Shown piece by piece: positions 12,078 through 24,984 of a stretch of 64,000 bases of DNA (position 1 is its first letter; each line of letters starts with the position of its first letter). Both the position numbers and the translations under genes were made by a program. The stretch covers positions 28,956,001-29,020,000 of the forward strand of contig CM059433.1 in assembly GCA_030390025.1 (NCBI GenBank), given 5' to 3'. The DNA comes from Squalus acanthias (Eukaryota). The notes under the pieces were generated by a model that saw only the letters and a list, made by a program, of their open reading frames with translations, ran no database searches and was not told the DNA's origin.

Positions 12078-13249
12078 CCCTCGCATCTGAGGCCTACCCG
12101 CCCGCAGCCAGCCAGCCTCTCAATCTGGGTGGTTGCGACGGGAATTCGAGGCCTCACATTCATATCAGGTCCTGCCATTAATGTCGGCAGGGCCTGCGGG
12201 AAACCCGGCCTCCCTGGAGAAAATTCCGGCCAAAGTGTCTATTGACACCACTGTGTCAGCCAATGAGTTGGAGGCGGGACGGGACTTACGGCAGGACTCA
12301 CAGCAAACAGTTTATTTTACAACAGTCTATTTACTCAACAAACAGAATCTATTTAAATAGAGTCTCCACAAACTACAGCAAACAGAACTCATGACCGAAA
12401 CTACAGTAACATCTCCTGATAAAAACAGGGTGATTTCTCCAGCAAAATGCAGTGAGTGGAGAATAGTTATATAATACAAATTATGAGTGTAAAATCAATC
12501 CCAGTAAGATTTACAGCAGTCGTGAATTACCCAATCCTCTCTATTCTGGCCAGGAGTAGTGGTGTCACGAGATGCAGCCGAATAAAATCAGCACCCAAAA
12601 GAGGTTCCTTGCTCCCGATGACCCAGGACATGACTTTATGCATGAGGTAATCTGGGATAGCAGACCCAAGTAAACAATGAATCCTTTTATTGATAGTGGA
12701 TAACACGCAGGACCTCTTCTAGGCCTCGTATCACTTCAGAAGATGGTTAATATCAGTCACGCAAGACACTTTTCTAACAGGATCAAATAAGTTTATTAAT
12801 GGATAGAGTTATATATGGAATCAAATGGTAACATTGAGATACTGGAGTCAATTCCAATACACTGGAGTCAATTCATAAAACCAGACTTTTATAGAAAGCA
12901 TATCCTACCACAAATTACATAGCAGTCAGCAAACTGATGTGCATTGCTATGCAACAACTCTACCCACAAAAAGTGACCAAGATACTCATCAGTATCAGTT
13001 TGTACACTTGCATAACAAGAAAATAAATCAGGTCCTGTGAGAATCTACTTAGAGAACTTTGAATCGAAGAACTGTTTTTCAGGGAAGTAATAGTCTAGTT
13101 CCTTAGTGAACCAACAGGATTCAGTCTTTACAAGATACTGCCCCGCTCGTGATCCCCGCTCCCGATCCCCGATACTGCCCCACTCCCGATCCCCGATACT
13201 GCCCCACTCCCGATCCCCGATGCTGCCATGCCGATCCCCGACCCCCCCG

Positions 13250-14990
13250 CCACGATCCCCGACCATGTCGACCCCTCGATCTCCCCCCACTGATCCCCGA
13301 CCATGTCGACCCCTCGATCTCCCCCCACTGATCCCCGACCATGTTGACCCCTCGATCTCCCCCCCACTGATCCACGACCATGCCGACCCCTCGATCTCCC
13401 CCCACTGATCCACGACCATGCCGACCCCTCGATCTCCCCCCACTGATCCCCGACCATGTCGACCCCTCGATCTCCCCCCCACTGATCCCCGACCATGTCG
13501 ACCCCTCGATCTCCCCCCCACTGATCCCCGACCATGTCGACCCCTCGATCTCCCCCCCTCACTGATCCCCGACCATGTCGACCCCTCGATCTCCCCCCCG
13601 ACTGATCCCCGACCATGTCGACCCCTCGATCTCCCCCCACTGATCCCCGACCATGTCGACCCCTCGATCTCCCCCCACTGATCCCCGACCATGTTGACCC
13701 CTCGATCTCCCCCCCACTGATCCACGACCATGCCGACCCCTCGATCTCCCCCCACTGATCCACGACCATGCCGACCCCTCGATCTCCCCCCACTGATCCC
13801 CGACCATGTCGACCCCTCGATCTCCCCCCCACTGATCCCCGACCATGTCGACCCCTCGATCTCCCCCCCACTGAACCCCGACCATGTCGACCCCGCGATC
13901 TCCCCCCACTGATCCCCGACCATGTCGACCCCTCGATCTCCCCCCCCACCGATCCCCGACCATGTCGACCCCTCGATCTCCCCCCCACTGATCCCCGACC
14001 ATGTCGACCCCTCGATCTCCCCCCCTCACTGATCCCCGACCATGTCGACCCCTCGATCTCCCCCCCGACTGATCCCCGACCATGTCGACCCCTCGATCTC
14101 CCCCCACTGATCCCCGACCATGTCGATCCCGTGATCTCCCCCCCACTGATCCCCGACCATGTCGACCCCTCGATCTCCCCCCACTGATCCCCGACCATGT
14201 CGACCCCTCGATCCTCCCCCCACCGATCCCCGACCATGTCGACCCCTCGATCTCCCCCCACTGATCCCCGACCATGTCGACCCCTCGATCTCACCCCCAC
14301 TGATCCTCGACCATGTCGACCCCTCGATCTCCCCCCCCACTGATCCCCGACCATGTCGACCCCTCGATCTCCCCCCCGACTGATCCCCGACCATGTCGAC
14401 CCCTCGATCTCCCCCCACTGATCCCCGACCATGTCGACCCCTCGATCTCCCCCCCACTGATCCTCGACCATGTCGACCCCTCGATCTCCCCCCCCACTGA
14501 TCCCCGACCATGTCGACCCCTCGATCTCCCCCCACTGATCCCCGACCATGTCGACCCCTCGATCTCCCCCCCGACTGATCCCCGACCATGTCGACCCCTC
14601 GATCTCCCCCCACTGATCCCCGACCATGTCGACCCCTCGATCTCCCCCCCACTGATCCTCGACCATGTCGACCCCTCGATCTCCCCCCCCACTGATCCCC
14701 GACCATGTCGACCCCTCGATCTCCCCCCCGACTGATCCCCGACCATGTCGACCCCTCGATCTCCCCCCACTGATCCCCGACCATGTCGATCCCGCGATCT
14801 CCCCCCACGATCCCCGACCATGTTGACCCCGCGATCTCCCCCCCACTGATCCCCGACCATTTCGACCCCGCGATCTCCCCCCACTGATCCCCGACCATGT
14901 CGACCCCTCGATCTCCCCCCACGATCCCCGACCATGTCGACCCCTCGATCTCCCCCCCCACTGATCCCCGACCATGCCGACCCCGTGATC
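13250..14990. repeat. Minisatellite B, long array, ~38-40-bp CpG-rich unit, roughly 45 copies
   Basis: Tandem CCCCCCACTGATCCCCGACCATGTCGACCCCTCGATCT with variable C-run length. Confidence 0.95.
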
Positions 14991-17197
14991 CCTCGCATCT
15001 GAGGCCTACCCGCCCGCAGCCAGCCAGCCTCTCAATCTGGGTGGTTGCGACGGGAATCCGAGGCCTCACATTCATATCAGGTCCTGCCATTAATGTCGGC
15101 AGGGCCTGCGGGAAACCCGGCCTCCCTGGAGAAAATTCCGGCCAAAGTGTCTATTGGCACCACTGTGTCAGCCAATGAGTTGGAGGCGGGACGGGACTTA
15201 CGGCAGGACTCACAGCAAACAGTTTATTTTACAACAGTCTATTTACTTAACAAACAGAATCTATTTAAATAGAGTCTCCACAAACTACAGCAAACAGAAC
15301 TCATGACCGAAACTACAGTAACATCTCCTGATAAAAACAGGGTGATTTCTCCAGCAAAATGCAGTGAGTGGAGAATAGTTATATAATACAAATTATGTGT
15401 GTAAAATCAATCCCAGTAAGACTTACAGCAGTCGTGAATTACCCAATCGTCTCTATTCTGGCCAGGAGTAGTGGTGTCACGAGATGCAGCCGAATAAAAT
15501 CAGCACCCAAAAGAGGTTCCTTGCTCCCGATGACCCAGGACATGACTTTATGCATGAGGTAATCTGGGATAGCAGACCCAAGTAAACAATGAATCCTTTT
15601 ATTGATAGTGGATAACACGCAGGACCTCTTCTAGGCCTCGTATCACTTCAGAAGATGGTTACTATCAGTCACGCAAGACACTTTTCTAACAGGATCAAAT
15701 AAGTTTATTAATGGATAGAGTTATATATGGAATCAAATGGTAACATTGAGATACTGGAGTCAATTCCAATACACTGGAGTCAATTCATAAAACCAGTCTC
15801 TTATAGAAAGCATATCCTACCACAAATTACATAGCAGTCAGCAAAGTGATGTGCATTGCTATGCAACAACTCTACCCACAAAAAGTGACCAAGATACTCA
15901 TCAGTATCAGTTTGTACATTTATGTAACAAGAAAATAAATCAGGCCCTGTGAGAATCTACTTAGAGAACGTTGAATCGAAGAACTGTTTTTCAGGGAAGT
16001 AATAGTCTAGTTCCTTAGTGAACCAACAGGATACAGTCTTTACATGATCTACACAGATGTATATACCAATAGAGTCATGTTTTACCTCTTTGTTTGAACA
16101 CTGAGACAAAAGCAAGTTAACCAAAATTGTAACATTTATGTTCGATTGCTCTTTGACCTAGAAGCTTTCTCAGCTGTCTGCCCTGACTTAGACTTACAGT
16201 ACAAATTTACCAACACAGCCCAGGAAAGGCAATAAGCTCACAGCAGATACTAACCATTCAAATACTCATCAGGAAGTATTTCAGTGGGACACTGCCACTT
16301 AACAATACTGCAATTAAAATGTTAGCATATTAAGGATTCTTTGTCCTTCCAAAGTGCTACTGTAGATGTCGTGTCAAGACAACATGAATGGATAACATCC
16401 ATTTTGAGTATGTTTTTAAAAAAAATGAAAAGATTCAGTTTTTTAAAAATTGACAAAATATTACATTTTTTGTCAGTCCGTCAGTCATTATGAGGTTCTT
16501 TACCACACGATCTGAAGGTTTGAGTTAGCGGAAAAAGTTGTCCAAAAAGGTCAGGTTTCTCTTTAGGGGAGCTAGCAAAAAAAGACAGGGTGGAAAGGAT
16601 GATTTAGAACTTGCAGTTGAAATGGCACTAACAATGGTGCCAAAAAGGACCTGGGGAGGGTCCATGCTTGTGTCACCAGCATCAAAAGATGTTAAGACTG
16701 CTTGCTGAAACTGTAGGTAGTTCTAGGGTATGACTGATCAAGTCATGGCGCCATATTTTGGCTGCCATAAGGTACTAAGCAACCTGCTTTGCCTAATGCT
16801 TGTGCAGAAACCTCAACTGGCTGTCATATCATCTGTAACCGAATCTATGCTGAACTGTTTGTGTTAATTGAACTAGTTTCTGAGTGCTCAGTGACTGGAG
16901 GAGAAGGATCAAGTCGTGCCATCCTCTAATGAGAATCCAGCATCAGCATTCCGGATGCTCAAGGCATGTTCTTTGAGATGACGGAGTGCAGGCTAAGCAC
17001 TCCTGGGACTTGTGTGTCAAAGAAAGACAACTGAGGTGGTTCTTATCTCTTGCTCAGAATGTTCAGCAACAAGAAGTGCAATTTTCAAAACCTTGGGCTT
17101 GACTTCAACTGAAGCAAAGCTTCAAAGCAGTTATGACTGGCTTCAATATCTTTCTCAGTGCATTCATTTTAATGAATCCATGAATGTATTTACAAAA

Positions 17198-17612
17198 AAC
17201 TTGCATTTATATAGCGCCTTTAAATACAGGAGAACATCCCAAGATGCTTCACAGGAGCGTTATCAAACAGAAGTTGTCACGGAGCCACATAAGGAGATAA
17301 AAGGACAGATCACCAAAAGCTTGGTCAAAGAGATAGATTTTAAACAGTGTCTTAGAGGAGGAGAGAGGCGTGAGATATAGGGAGGGATTTCCAGAGCATA
17401 GGGTCTGGGCAGCTGAAGGCACGGCCGCCAATGGTGGAGCGATGAAAATCGGGGATGTGCAAGAGGCCAGAATTGAAGAAGCGCAGAGATCTCGGAGGGT
17501 TGTAGGTTTGAAGGAGGTTACAGAGACAGGGAAGGGTGAGGTCATGGAGGGATTAGAACTCAAGGATGAGAATTTTTAAATCGATGCGTTGTCGGACTGG
17601 GGGCCAATGTAG
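17198..17612 (-). mobile_element. L2 3' fragment
   Basis: Reverse complement of the L2 tail (ACTTGCATTTATATAGCGCCTTT) and peptide LHWPPVRQRIDLKILIL. Confidence 0.8.
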
Positions 17613-17971
17613 GTGATGGGTGTCAACATTTATGGATTTCTTAGAACTATTGCAGAGAGGAAATATCGGAGTAGATGTTGAGTGGGACTGACTGATCACA
17701 ATGGGTGGCCAACTAAACCAGCGGTGGAAAGAAATGGGTTTTTGAAAAATCAATAAAGAGAAAGAAATTAAAGTGAAGGATGGTTGAAAAAAGACGTAGG
17801 ACAGAGTATGGGAATGACAAACAGCAGACTGTACAAGACACCGGGGGCAACACCTATAGTAAGATAAGCAAGTCAAATGAGCATTCAATACCTGCAGTTA
17901 TGAGCGAAGAAATCATACTACATACACATTAATGAAACACTTTGATTATGTTTTTAATTATCTTCGATTAT

Positions 17972-18398
17972 GGAGAAACTTCTTTACCCAGAGAGCGGTG
18001 AGAATGTGGAACTCGCTACCACGGGGAGTAGTTGAGGTGAACAGCATAGATGCATTTTAGGGGAAGCTAGATAAACACATGACGTAGAAAGGAATTACAT
18101 AGAATTACACAGTACTTACAGCAAAGAAACAAGTCATTTGGCCCAACTCTACACGAGCCTCCTCCCACCCCTCTTCATCCAACCCTATCAGCATATCCTT
18201 CTATCCCTTTCTCCCTCTTGTACTAATCTAGCTTCCCCTTAAAGGCATCTATGCGATTCGTCTCAACCGCTCCTTGCAGTAGCAAGGGATAGAAGTCATG
18301 GTGGTAGGAGGCTGGTGTGGAGAATAAACAATGCACGGACCAGTTGGGCTGAATGGCCTGTTTCTGTGTTGTACATTCGATGTAATTCTACGTAATTC
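17972..18398. mobile_element. CR1 3' end (+) with a same-family 3' end (-) inserted at ~18095-18285
   Basis: Plus-strand FFTQRAVRMWNSLP region, then its reverse complement, then resumption of the + 3' UTR and tail ATGTAATTCTACGTAATTC. Confidence 0.75.
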
Positions 18399-18483
18399 CA
18401 AGAAAGCAATTAAGCATGTATTAGTGGATCACATCACAGTCTGAGTATCTGACATGTAAACAGACTAATCCCGCTTCTTGTAC

Positions 18484-18605
18484 CTTTGGATACTGTTTAA
18501 CTGGAATCAGCACTCTTTCGGATAATTTAATGTTTTTGTTGCTGATAACATCAAGGTATTGCTTCTCTTCCTTTTTTGTGTCGCTGTCCTGGAATTGTTC
18601 AATTT
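18484..18605 (-). CDS. KHDRBS2: Internal coding exon (exon 2) of KH domain-containing, RNA-binding, signal transduction-associated protein 2 (SLM-1)
   Basis: Minus strand reads TTTACAG|AA ATT GAA...CCA AAG|GTAC, translating (E)[40 protein letters not shown]. This matches from memory vertebrate KHDRBS2 [43 protein letters not shown]. Canonical AG/GT ends, phase 1 start and phase 0 end. Confidence 0.92.
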
Positions 18606-18858
18606 CTGTAAAGAGATCAAAATATATCAAATTTAATGAAGCAATTGGCGAGGTAATTAAAATGTCGATTCGATAAACGACTTGCTGCTTCATTCAAAGG
18701 CCTACCAATTCCATTTTCTCTTGCGGTACACAATTTCACAAATGCATTTCCTTTTTATTTCCCATTAAACTTTTACAGGATACGGATCGAGGGCTGAGGG
18801 GGAGTTGTGTTCATTTTCCTTCAAAATGTCACGGCGCGGCACTCACAATAAAGATAAT

Positions 18859-19604
18859 GGCCCTGAAATTGCGGTCGGCGGCGTAGCTAAGTAGTACGCC
18901 GCCGACCTCCGAACAAAATCCGCACTTACCGAGTGCGAAGCCCCAAGCGAAAACTTGCTTTGAAACACTGCAGAGCTGTGCGCAGCCTAGTGGCCCACGG
19001 ATCCCAGGGGCACACCGTTGTGCGTAAGGGTACCTGGGATCACGTGGGGAGGTGCTCTTTTCCCTAGCCAATCAGGAATAATAGAAACATAGTATTACAA
19101 CTTGTAAATTAAATGATGTGATACTAATTCTATTTTTTTTGTCAAGTACAGTACTTGGCTTTAAAAAGCACTGGGAATACTTTGGAGTAAGTAGTTATTT
19201 ACTGGAAGACTCTGCAAGATTAGAAGAAAAGATTAAAACGATCTCATCCCTCAAACCGAGCCTTCACAGCTGCCTGGTAGGTTCTCTTACGTGTTTGTTT
19301 TTAATTATTATGGCCCTGAAATTGCAATTTTCTCATCCCCCTCTCCTTACCTGTGCAAACAGGCTCCTGCGCCTGTTTGCACCAGCTGTAAAATTTTCCA
19401 GAGTAATTGACGCGCAGTTGGTGGGCAATTACTCCAACTTTTCGCCAGCAATGAGGATTTGAAAGTCGCAGCGGATCATCTTTCTGTTCGGAACTTGACA
19501 GAGCGCAAGTTCGGGATTTAGTGCGAACTTGCGGTCAACTTCAAAGACGGTATGACGGTGTACTCTGAGAGTACTATGTCATACCGACCACAAAATTCAG
19601 GGCC
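18859..19604. mobile_element. PIF/Harbinger-type MITE
   Basis: TIRs GGCCCTGAAATT / AAAATTCAGGGCC with a 3-bp TSD AAT (18856-18858, 19605-19607). Confidence 0.8.
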
Positions 19605-19688
19605 AATACCTAACTTTTCACTGTGATGCGAATACTGGAGGGTAGATTTTCCATTGCTGTGGCACCTGCACGTCCGGCACCTGGGCAA

Positions 19689-19940
19689 TCATAGAATCAT
19701 ACAGCACAGAAAGAGGCCAGTCGGCCCATCTTGCCTGTGCCGGCTCTTTGAAAGAGCTATCCGATTAGTCCCACTCTCCTCCTCTTTCCCCATAGCCCTG
19801 CAAATGTTTCCCCTTCAAGTATGTATCCAATTCCCTTTTGAAAGTTATAATTCTGTCTGCTTCCACTACCCTTTCAGCTCACCTCTGGCTCTTTTGCCAA
19901 CTACCTTAAATCTGTGTCCTCTGGTGACCGACCCTTCTGT
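19689..19940 (-). mobile_element. CR1 3' tail fragment
   Basis: Begins TCATAGAATCATACAGCACAGAAAGAGGCC. Same family as 26612-27150 and 59775-59897. Confidence 0.75.
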
Positions 19941-20304
19941 CAATCCAGTCAGATTCCCCCAGGATTGGCAATAACTTAATATTCGTGGTAACCTGCTGGC
20001 CTATTTGGACTTCCTGATACTGGGGCCAAGAGGCTTAAATTATGAGGACAGGTTGCATAAACTAGGCTTGTATTTCCTTGAGTATAGAAGATTGAGGGGT
20101 GATCAAGATGTTTAAAATGTTAAAAGGATTCAATAGGTAGATAGAGAGAAACTATTTCCTCTGGTGGGGGAATCAAGAACAAGGGGCTGGAGTTGGGGTG
20201 GCAGACCAGGAAAATCACCACAAGATCTCGGTCCAATATTTCTAAACTATAGCTTTAAGATCTCACTTCCTGATAGCCCAGAATATTCTTCATCGGCCAT
20301 TTCA

Positions 20305-23300
20305 CATAGAATTACATGGACTATACAGCACAGAAACAGGTCATTCGGTCCAACTAGTCTGTGCTGGTGTTTACATTCCATATGATTCTCCTCCCATTCT
20401 ATCTACCTCATCTCAGCCTTTCAGCATATCTTTCTATTCCCCTTTCTCTCAAATACTCATCTAGTTTCCTTTTTGAAAGCATCTAAGCTATTTGCCTCAA
20501 CCACTTCCTGTGGTAGTGAGTTCCACATTCTAACCACGCTCCGAGTAAAGACATTTTTCCTTATTTCCCTATTGGATTTATTAGTAACTATCTTCTATTT
20601 ATGGCCCCTAGTTTTGGATTCTCCCACAAGTAGAAACATTCTCTCTACATCTACCCTGTCCAACCCATTCATAACTTTTAAGACCTCTATCAGGTCCCCT
20701 CTAAGTCTTATCTTTTCGAAAGAAAAAAACAGATAGCTGTAATCTCTCAGTTCTGGTATCTCCTTGTAAATCTTTTTTGTCCTTTCTCCAGTGCTTCTAT
20801 GTCCTTTTTATAGTATGAAGACCAGAACTGTGCACAGTACTCTAAGTGAGGCCTGACCAAGGTCCTATGCAAGTTTAACATAACTTCACTACTTTTGAAT
20901 TCTATATTCCTAGAGATAAATCCCAGTGCTTTGTTAGCATTTATAATTGCTTTGCAGAACAGCGATGCTGCTTTTAATGATTTGTTCACCTGTATCCCTC
21001 AATCCCTTTCTCTTCTACCCCATTCAGTTTCTTATCTTCTAAGGTATAGGTGATGTTTCTATCTTTCCTACCAAAGTGCATCACTTCACATTTATCTATG
21101 TTAATGTTCATTTGCCACTTAACCGCCCAATCTGCAATTTTTCTAATGTCCTCTTGTATTATGTTGCATTAGTCCTCAGTGTTAGCTGCACCCCAGTTTT
21201 GTATCATCTGCAAATTTTGATATTGGGTTACTTGTTCCTAAGTCCAAATCATTAATGTAAATTATAAATAACAGTGGTCCCAGCACTGATCCTTGTGGAA
21301 CACTGCTTTCTACTTTCCTCTTATCTGAATAACTACCCTTTACCCCTACTCTCTGCTTTCTATTTTTTAGCTAATTTAGCCATTCAGCTATTTGTCCCTG
21401 ACTCCACATGCCCTAACCTTTGTCATGAGCCGACTGTGTGGTACCTTATTGAAGACCTTTTGAGAATCCAAGTATTTGATATCTACTGCATTACCCTTGT
21501 CTACTCTTTCCGTTACCTCTTCAAATAATTCTATCAGGTTAGTTAAGCATGACTCAACCTTTCGGAATCCATGCTGACTATTTTTTGTTATATTTTCTCA
21601 ATGCTCTTCTATAACTTACTTTAGTATAGAATCCAGTATCTTTCCTACCACTGACGTTAAGTTGACTGGTCTTTAGTTCCCAGGTTTTGTTCTATCTCCC
21701 TTTTTGTATATAGGAATAACATTAGCTTCCCACCAGTCCTCTGGCACTATCCCCTCTTCTACGGAATATGCATATATATATAAACTGGTTCCTCTGCTAT
21801 CTCCTCCCTAGTTTCCTTGAGGATGTGTGGGTGCATACCATCTGGACCTGGGGTTTTATCCTCTTTTAGTTTTGCTAGTTTGTCAATTATTTTCTCCCTT
21901 TCTATCCCAACTGTATTAATATTCTTTTCAAGCTCATCCTCTAGTGAAGTGTCTATTTTGTTAGCTTTTTTAGTAGAAACTGAGGTAAAGTAGCTATTCA
22001 GTACTTCTGCCATTTCTCTGTCATTACCTGTGAGTTGATCTTGCTCATCCTTTAGTGGCCCTGTCCCTATTTTAATTTTCCTTTTGTTATTTACGTGTCA
22101 ATAGAACACTTTATTACTTCTTTTTATATTCCTCGATAATTAGATTTCATAATTTCTCTTTGCCTTCCTGATGGTTTTTAACTTCTCTCCTAAGTTCCTT
22201 GTATTCCCTTTTATCCTTCTCTCTAATATGCAAGTACTTCTTGTATATCTTTTTCTATAGATTCAATTTTCCCTTTAGTTCTTTATTCATCCATGGTGCC
22301 CCATAATTAGCTCGCTTATTTTTGTCTTTTAGTGGAATACATTTCTCTTGAACTCTATTGATTACCCTTTTAAATATTTCCCACTGTTTTTCTGTCTCTT
22401 TGCTTTTCAAGATTTTCTCCCAGTTTACCTTCTTTAGTTCCACCCTAATGTCCTCATAATTTGCTCTTTCCCAATCTACTGCCTTAATCTTTGTCCTATT
22501 TATGTCACTCTCGATCCTAATCTTGAACCTTACTATGTTGTGATCACTAATACTACGATGCTCTCCCACTGTTACTTCTCCTATCTGTCTGGTTCATTAC
22601 TGATTTCAAGATCCACCAGTGATTCTTTTCTTGTTGGACTTCTTACTTACTGAGTGAGGAAGGAGTCCTGAATACATTGTAAAAACTGGATTCCCTTTTT
22701 TCCTTTTGCTACTTCTTCCTGCCAGCTTATTTGGGGGTAGTTGAAATCTCCCATGATTATTATCCTATGTCTGCTACTCACCTCGTAGATTTGCCTACAT
22801 ATTTCTTCCTCCAATTCGCTTCCACTATTTGGTAGTCTATAGTATACCCCTATTCTGATGATGGATCCCTTCTTATCTTATCTAATCCATATGGATTCTG
22901 TATCTATCTTACTGCTAGTTACATCCTTTTTTTCTGCAGCCATTATGTTATCTTTAACCAGTATAACTACTCCACCTCCCTCCCCTCCTTCCTTCCCATT
23001 CCTTCCTAAATGTGTTATATCTTGCAATATTTAGTTGCCAATCCTGTTCTCCATGTAGCCATGTTTCAGTAACGCCTACTATATCCAGATCCTCTCTACA
23101 AATTACTGCCTCCACTTCATCCATTTTGTTTTGAATACTATGTGAATTGCTGTACAAATATTTTAATTATTTTTATTTATTATTCCTCTCTCTCTCTCTT
23201 TGTATTTAGTAGTTATTTTATCGTTATGCTCTGTGACTTTATTTAATCTCTGTCATTCATGTTATCCTTATTCCTTCCTTTAGTTTGTCCTTTACTCTCT

Positions 23301-23610
23301 TTTCCTGATTCTTTTATTGTTAGGTTTCTGTTATTTTGTTCCCTTCCGCCATGTTATTAGTTTAAAGTCTTATTTACAGCCCTAGTTATCCTTTCTGCTA
23401 GGACCGTGGCCCCAGCCAGGTTCAGCCTATCCCTATTAGGGTGATGGATCCCTTCTTATCTTCCTGTCCCAGTACTGGTGCCAGTGTCCCATGAAATGGA
23501 ACCCCTCCTTCCCAAACCACTCCTTTAGCCATGTGTTGACTTTCCCAATCTGTTTGTCCCTATGCCAATTCGCACATGGCTCGGGTAGTAATCCCGAGAT
23601 TATAACTCGT
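20305..23610 (-). mobile_element. Near full-length decayed CR1 LINE (ORF1 esterase-like, APE endonuclease, RT)
   Basis: VIISGLLPEPCANWHRDKQIGKVNTWLKEW (SGNH-like ORF1), DIVGVTETWL and SDHN (APE), KTPGPDGMHP and LVRPHLEYCAQFWS (ORF2), 3' tail at ~20305. Many stops and frameshifts. Confidence 0.9.
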
Positions 23611-24984
23611 GAGCTTAATGCAGAAAGCATTCCCGATGAGAAGATTGGGAAATCCTACCAGGAGTCATTTGCATGGCACTGCCATGAAAATCACCACATA
23701 AATAAAGCTCCCACAAAGTGCGACTTGAGCAGCAATCTGCAAAATGGTCTTATTTGACACCCTTATACACCTGGATCACACTGGTGGGAACGATCCTACC
23801 ATTTGGAAAACCTGCCCTCTCTTTGCCTCCCAACTCCACACCCACTGACCGCACCCCTGCCCATTGGCACTGGTCAGCATTGCTAATGTATGAAAACAAG
23901 CATGTGCCCCATCTAGCAAAAAGGTCTTATCTGGTGTCAAATAAGGAGCTCAAGGGCGTAATTTGAGAAGGAACACTACTAACTGTGTCATTTAATCAGT
24001 GGAAAACTTCACAGTTTTTTTCCCTTAATTGGAAAAATCCAGTGCTGAAGCAGGGCTCCCAGGCTTTCAATTCTGATTCTATTTCACCAGGAGGTTCCTA
24101 ATCTCACTAGTAATGACAGTTGACATTTATGTGTGCAGCTGATTTGGTGCAATAGTGTGTGCCATATGTAGGAGTCATTGATGTTTGAATAGATCTACTC
24201 CACTGGTTGTGACACTACAACCTTTATAGTTTGTCATTAGTGAACACAAATGGAGCTAACTAGCGCTTCAATGAAGGGGAATGTCCTGCATAGGAAGACT
24301 CTTTGTACTGTATATAGCTGACTGCTATATAAATATTAATTACATTTAATTGTTTAAAAGCACAACTTAATGGGTGAAAGTTAATTACTATTTTATCAGA
24401 TGGAAGAGCAGTAACTGATTTCTACTTTATTCCACTCAGAGTGCATACTAATTTGATAAAGAAAGTGGGTGTAATTATACTGTAATTATTGACAAGTTAT
24501 TAAGAGAATAAATTGCAATGTTGAGCAAAGCAATACTGATAACTAGATAGCAATATATAATCTTCTTTAAAGCTGTTCCCTTGGAGTCAGAGGTGTTCAA
24601 TTTTTAACAAAGAAAGCCAACGATTCGCATGAATAAACAGAGGAACAAAAATGGAAATCAGCATCACGACTTCTCAAGTCAACGATAAAACCTACACGTA
24701 ATAATTAAGTCTTTGATCTGGAACACAGTTATTCGCTGTAATCTGTGTCACCAATGGATGACATGGTATTTGAAATAATTAATTTGCGAGTGGTAGACGC
24801 TTGGATATTTTAACTTGCCTGTGGTTTACTGGGCACGTTTTGCTGCCTGTTTGCATGGGTTACTACACTTAATACTGTGCAACGGCAATCTACTCTATTT
24901 CAGGCGTGAAGATAATTGTGCTGCAGAGGAAAGGCTTTGAAGACTTTATGCAGAAGTATCAGCAGTCTGCACCATCTAACTGAA

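Larger units (their letters stand above)
11728..16044. repeat. Tandem segmental duplication (11728-13132 and 13134-16044)
   Basis: Unique segment 12078-13132 recurs at 14990-16044 (offset 2912) with only scattered substitutions. Both copies begin GATACTGCCCCGCTCGTGA. A Harbinger-like TIR AAAATTCCGGCC ends at 12231 and 15143. Confidence 0.95.

Noticed and set aside
13250..14990. CRISPR-like regular 38-40-bp periodicity
   Set aside because: No unique spacers, no cas genes, eukaryotic context; it is a plain tandem repeat.
11215..15178. RG/SR-rich and proline-rich ORFs (GRSRGRHGRGS, PPTDPRPCRP) resembling RGG regions of KHDRBS proteins
   Set aside because: Translations of minisatellites A and B. 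They do not match KHDRBS2 exon 3 (FNFVGKLLGPRG) or later exons.
18421..18693. 90-aa ORF as a stand-alone gene
   Set aside because: Only 18484-18605 is KHDRBS2-like; the flanks are intron read-through beyond the AG and GT sites.
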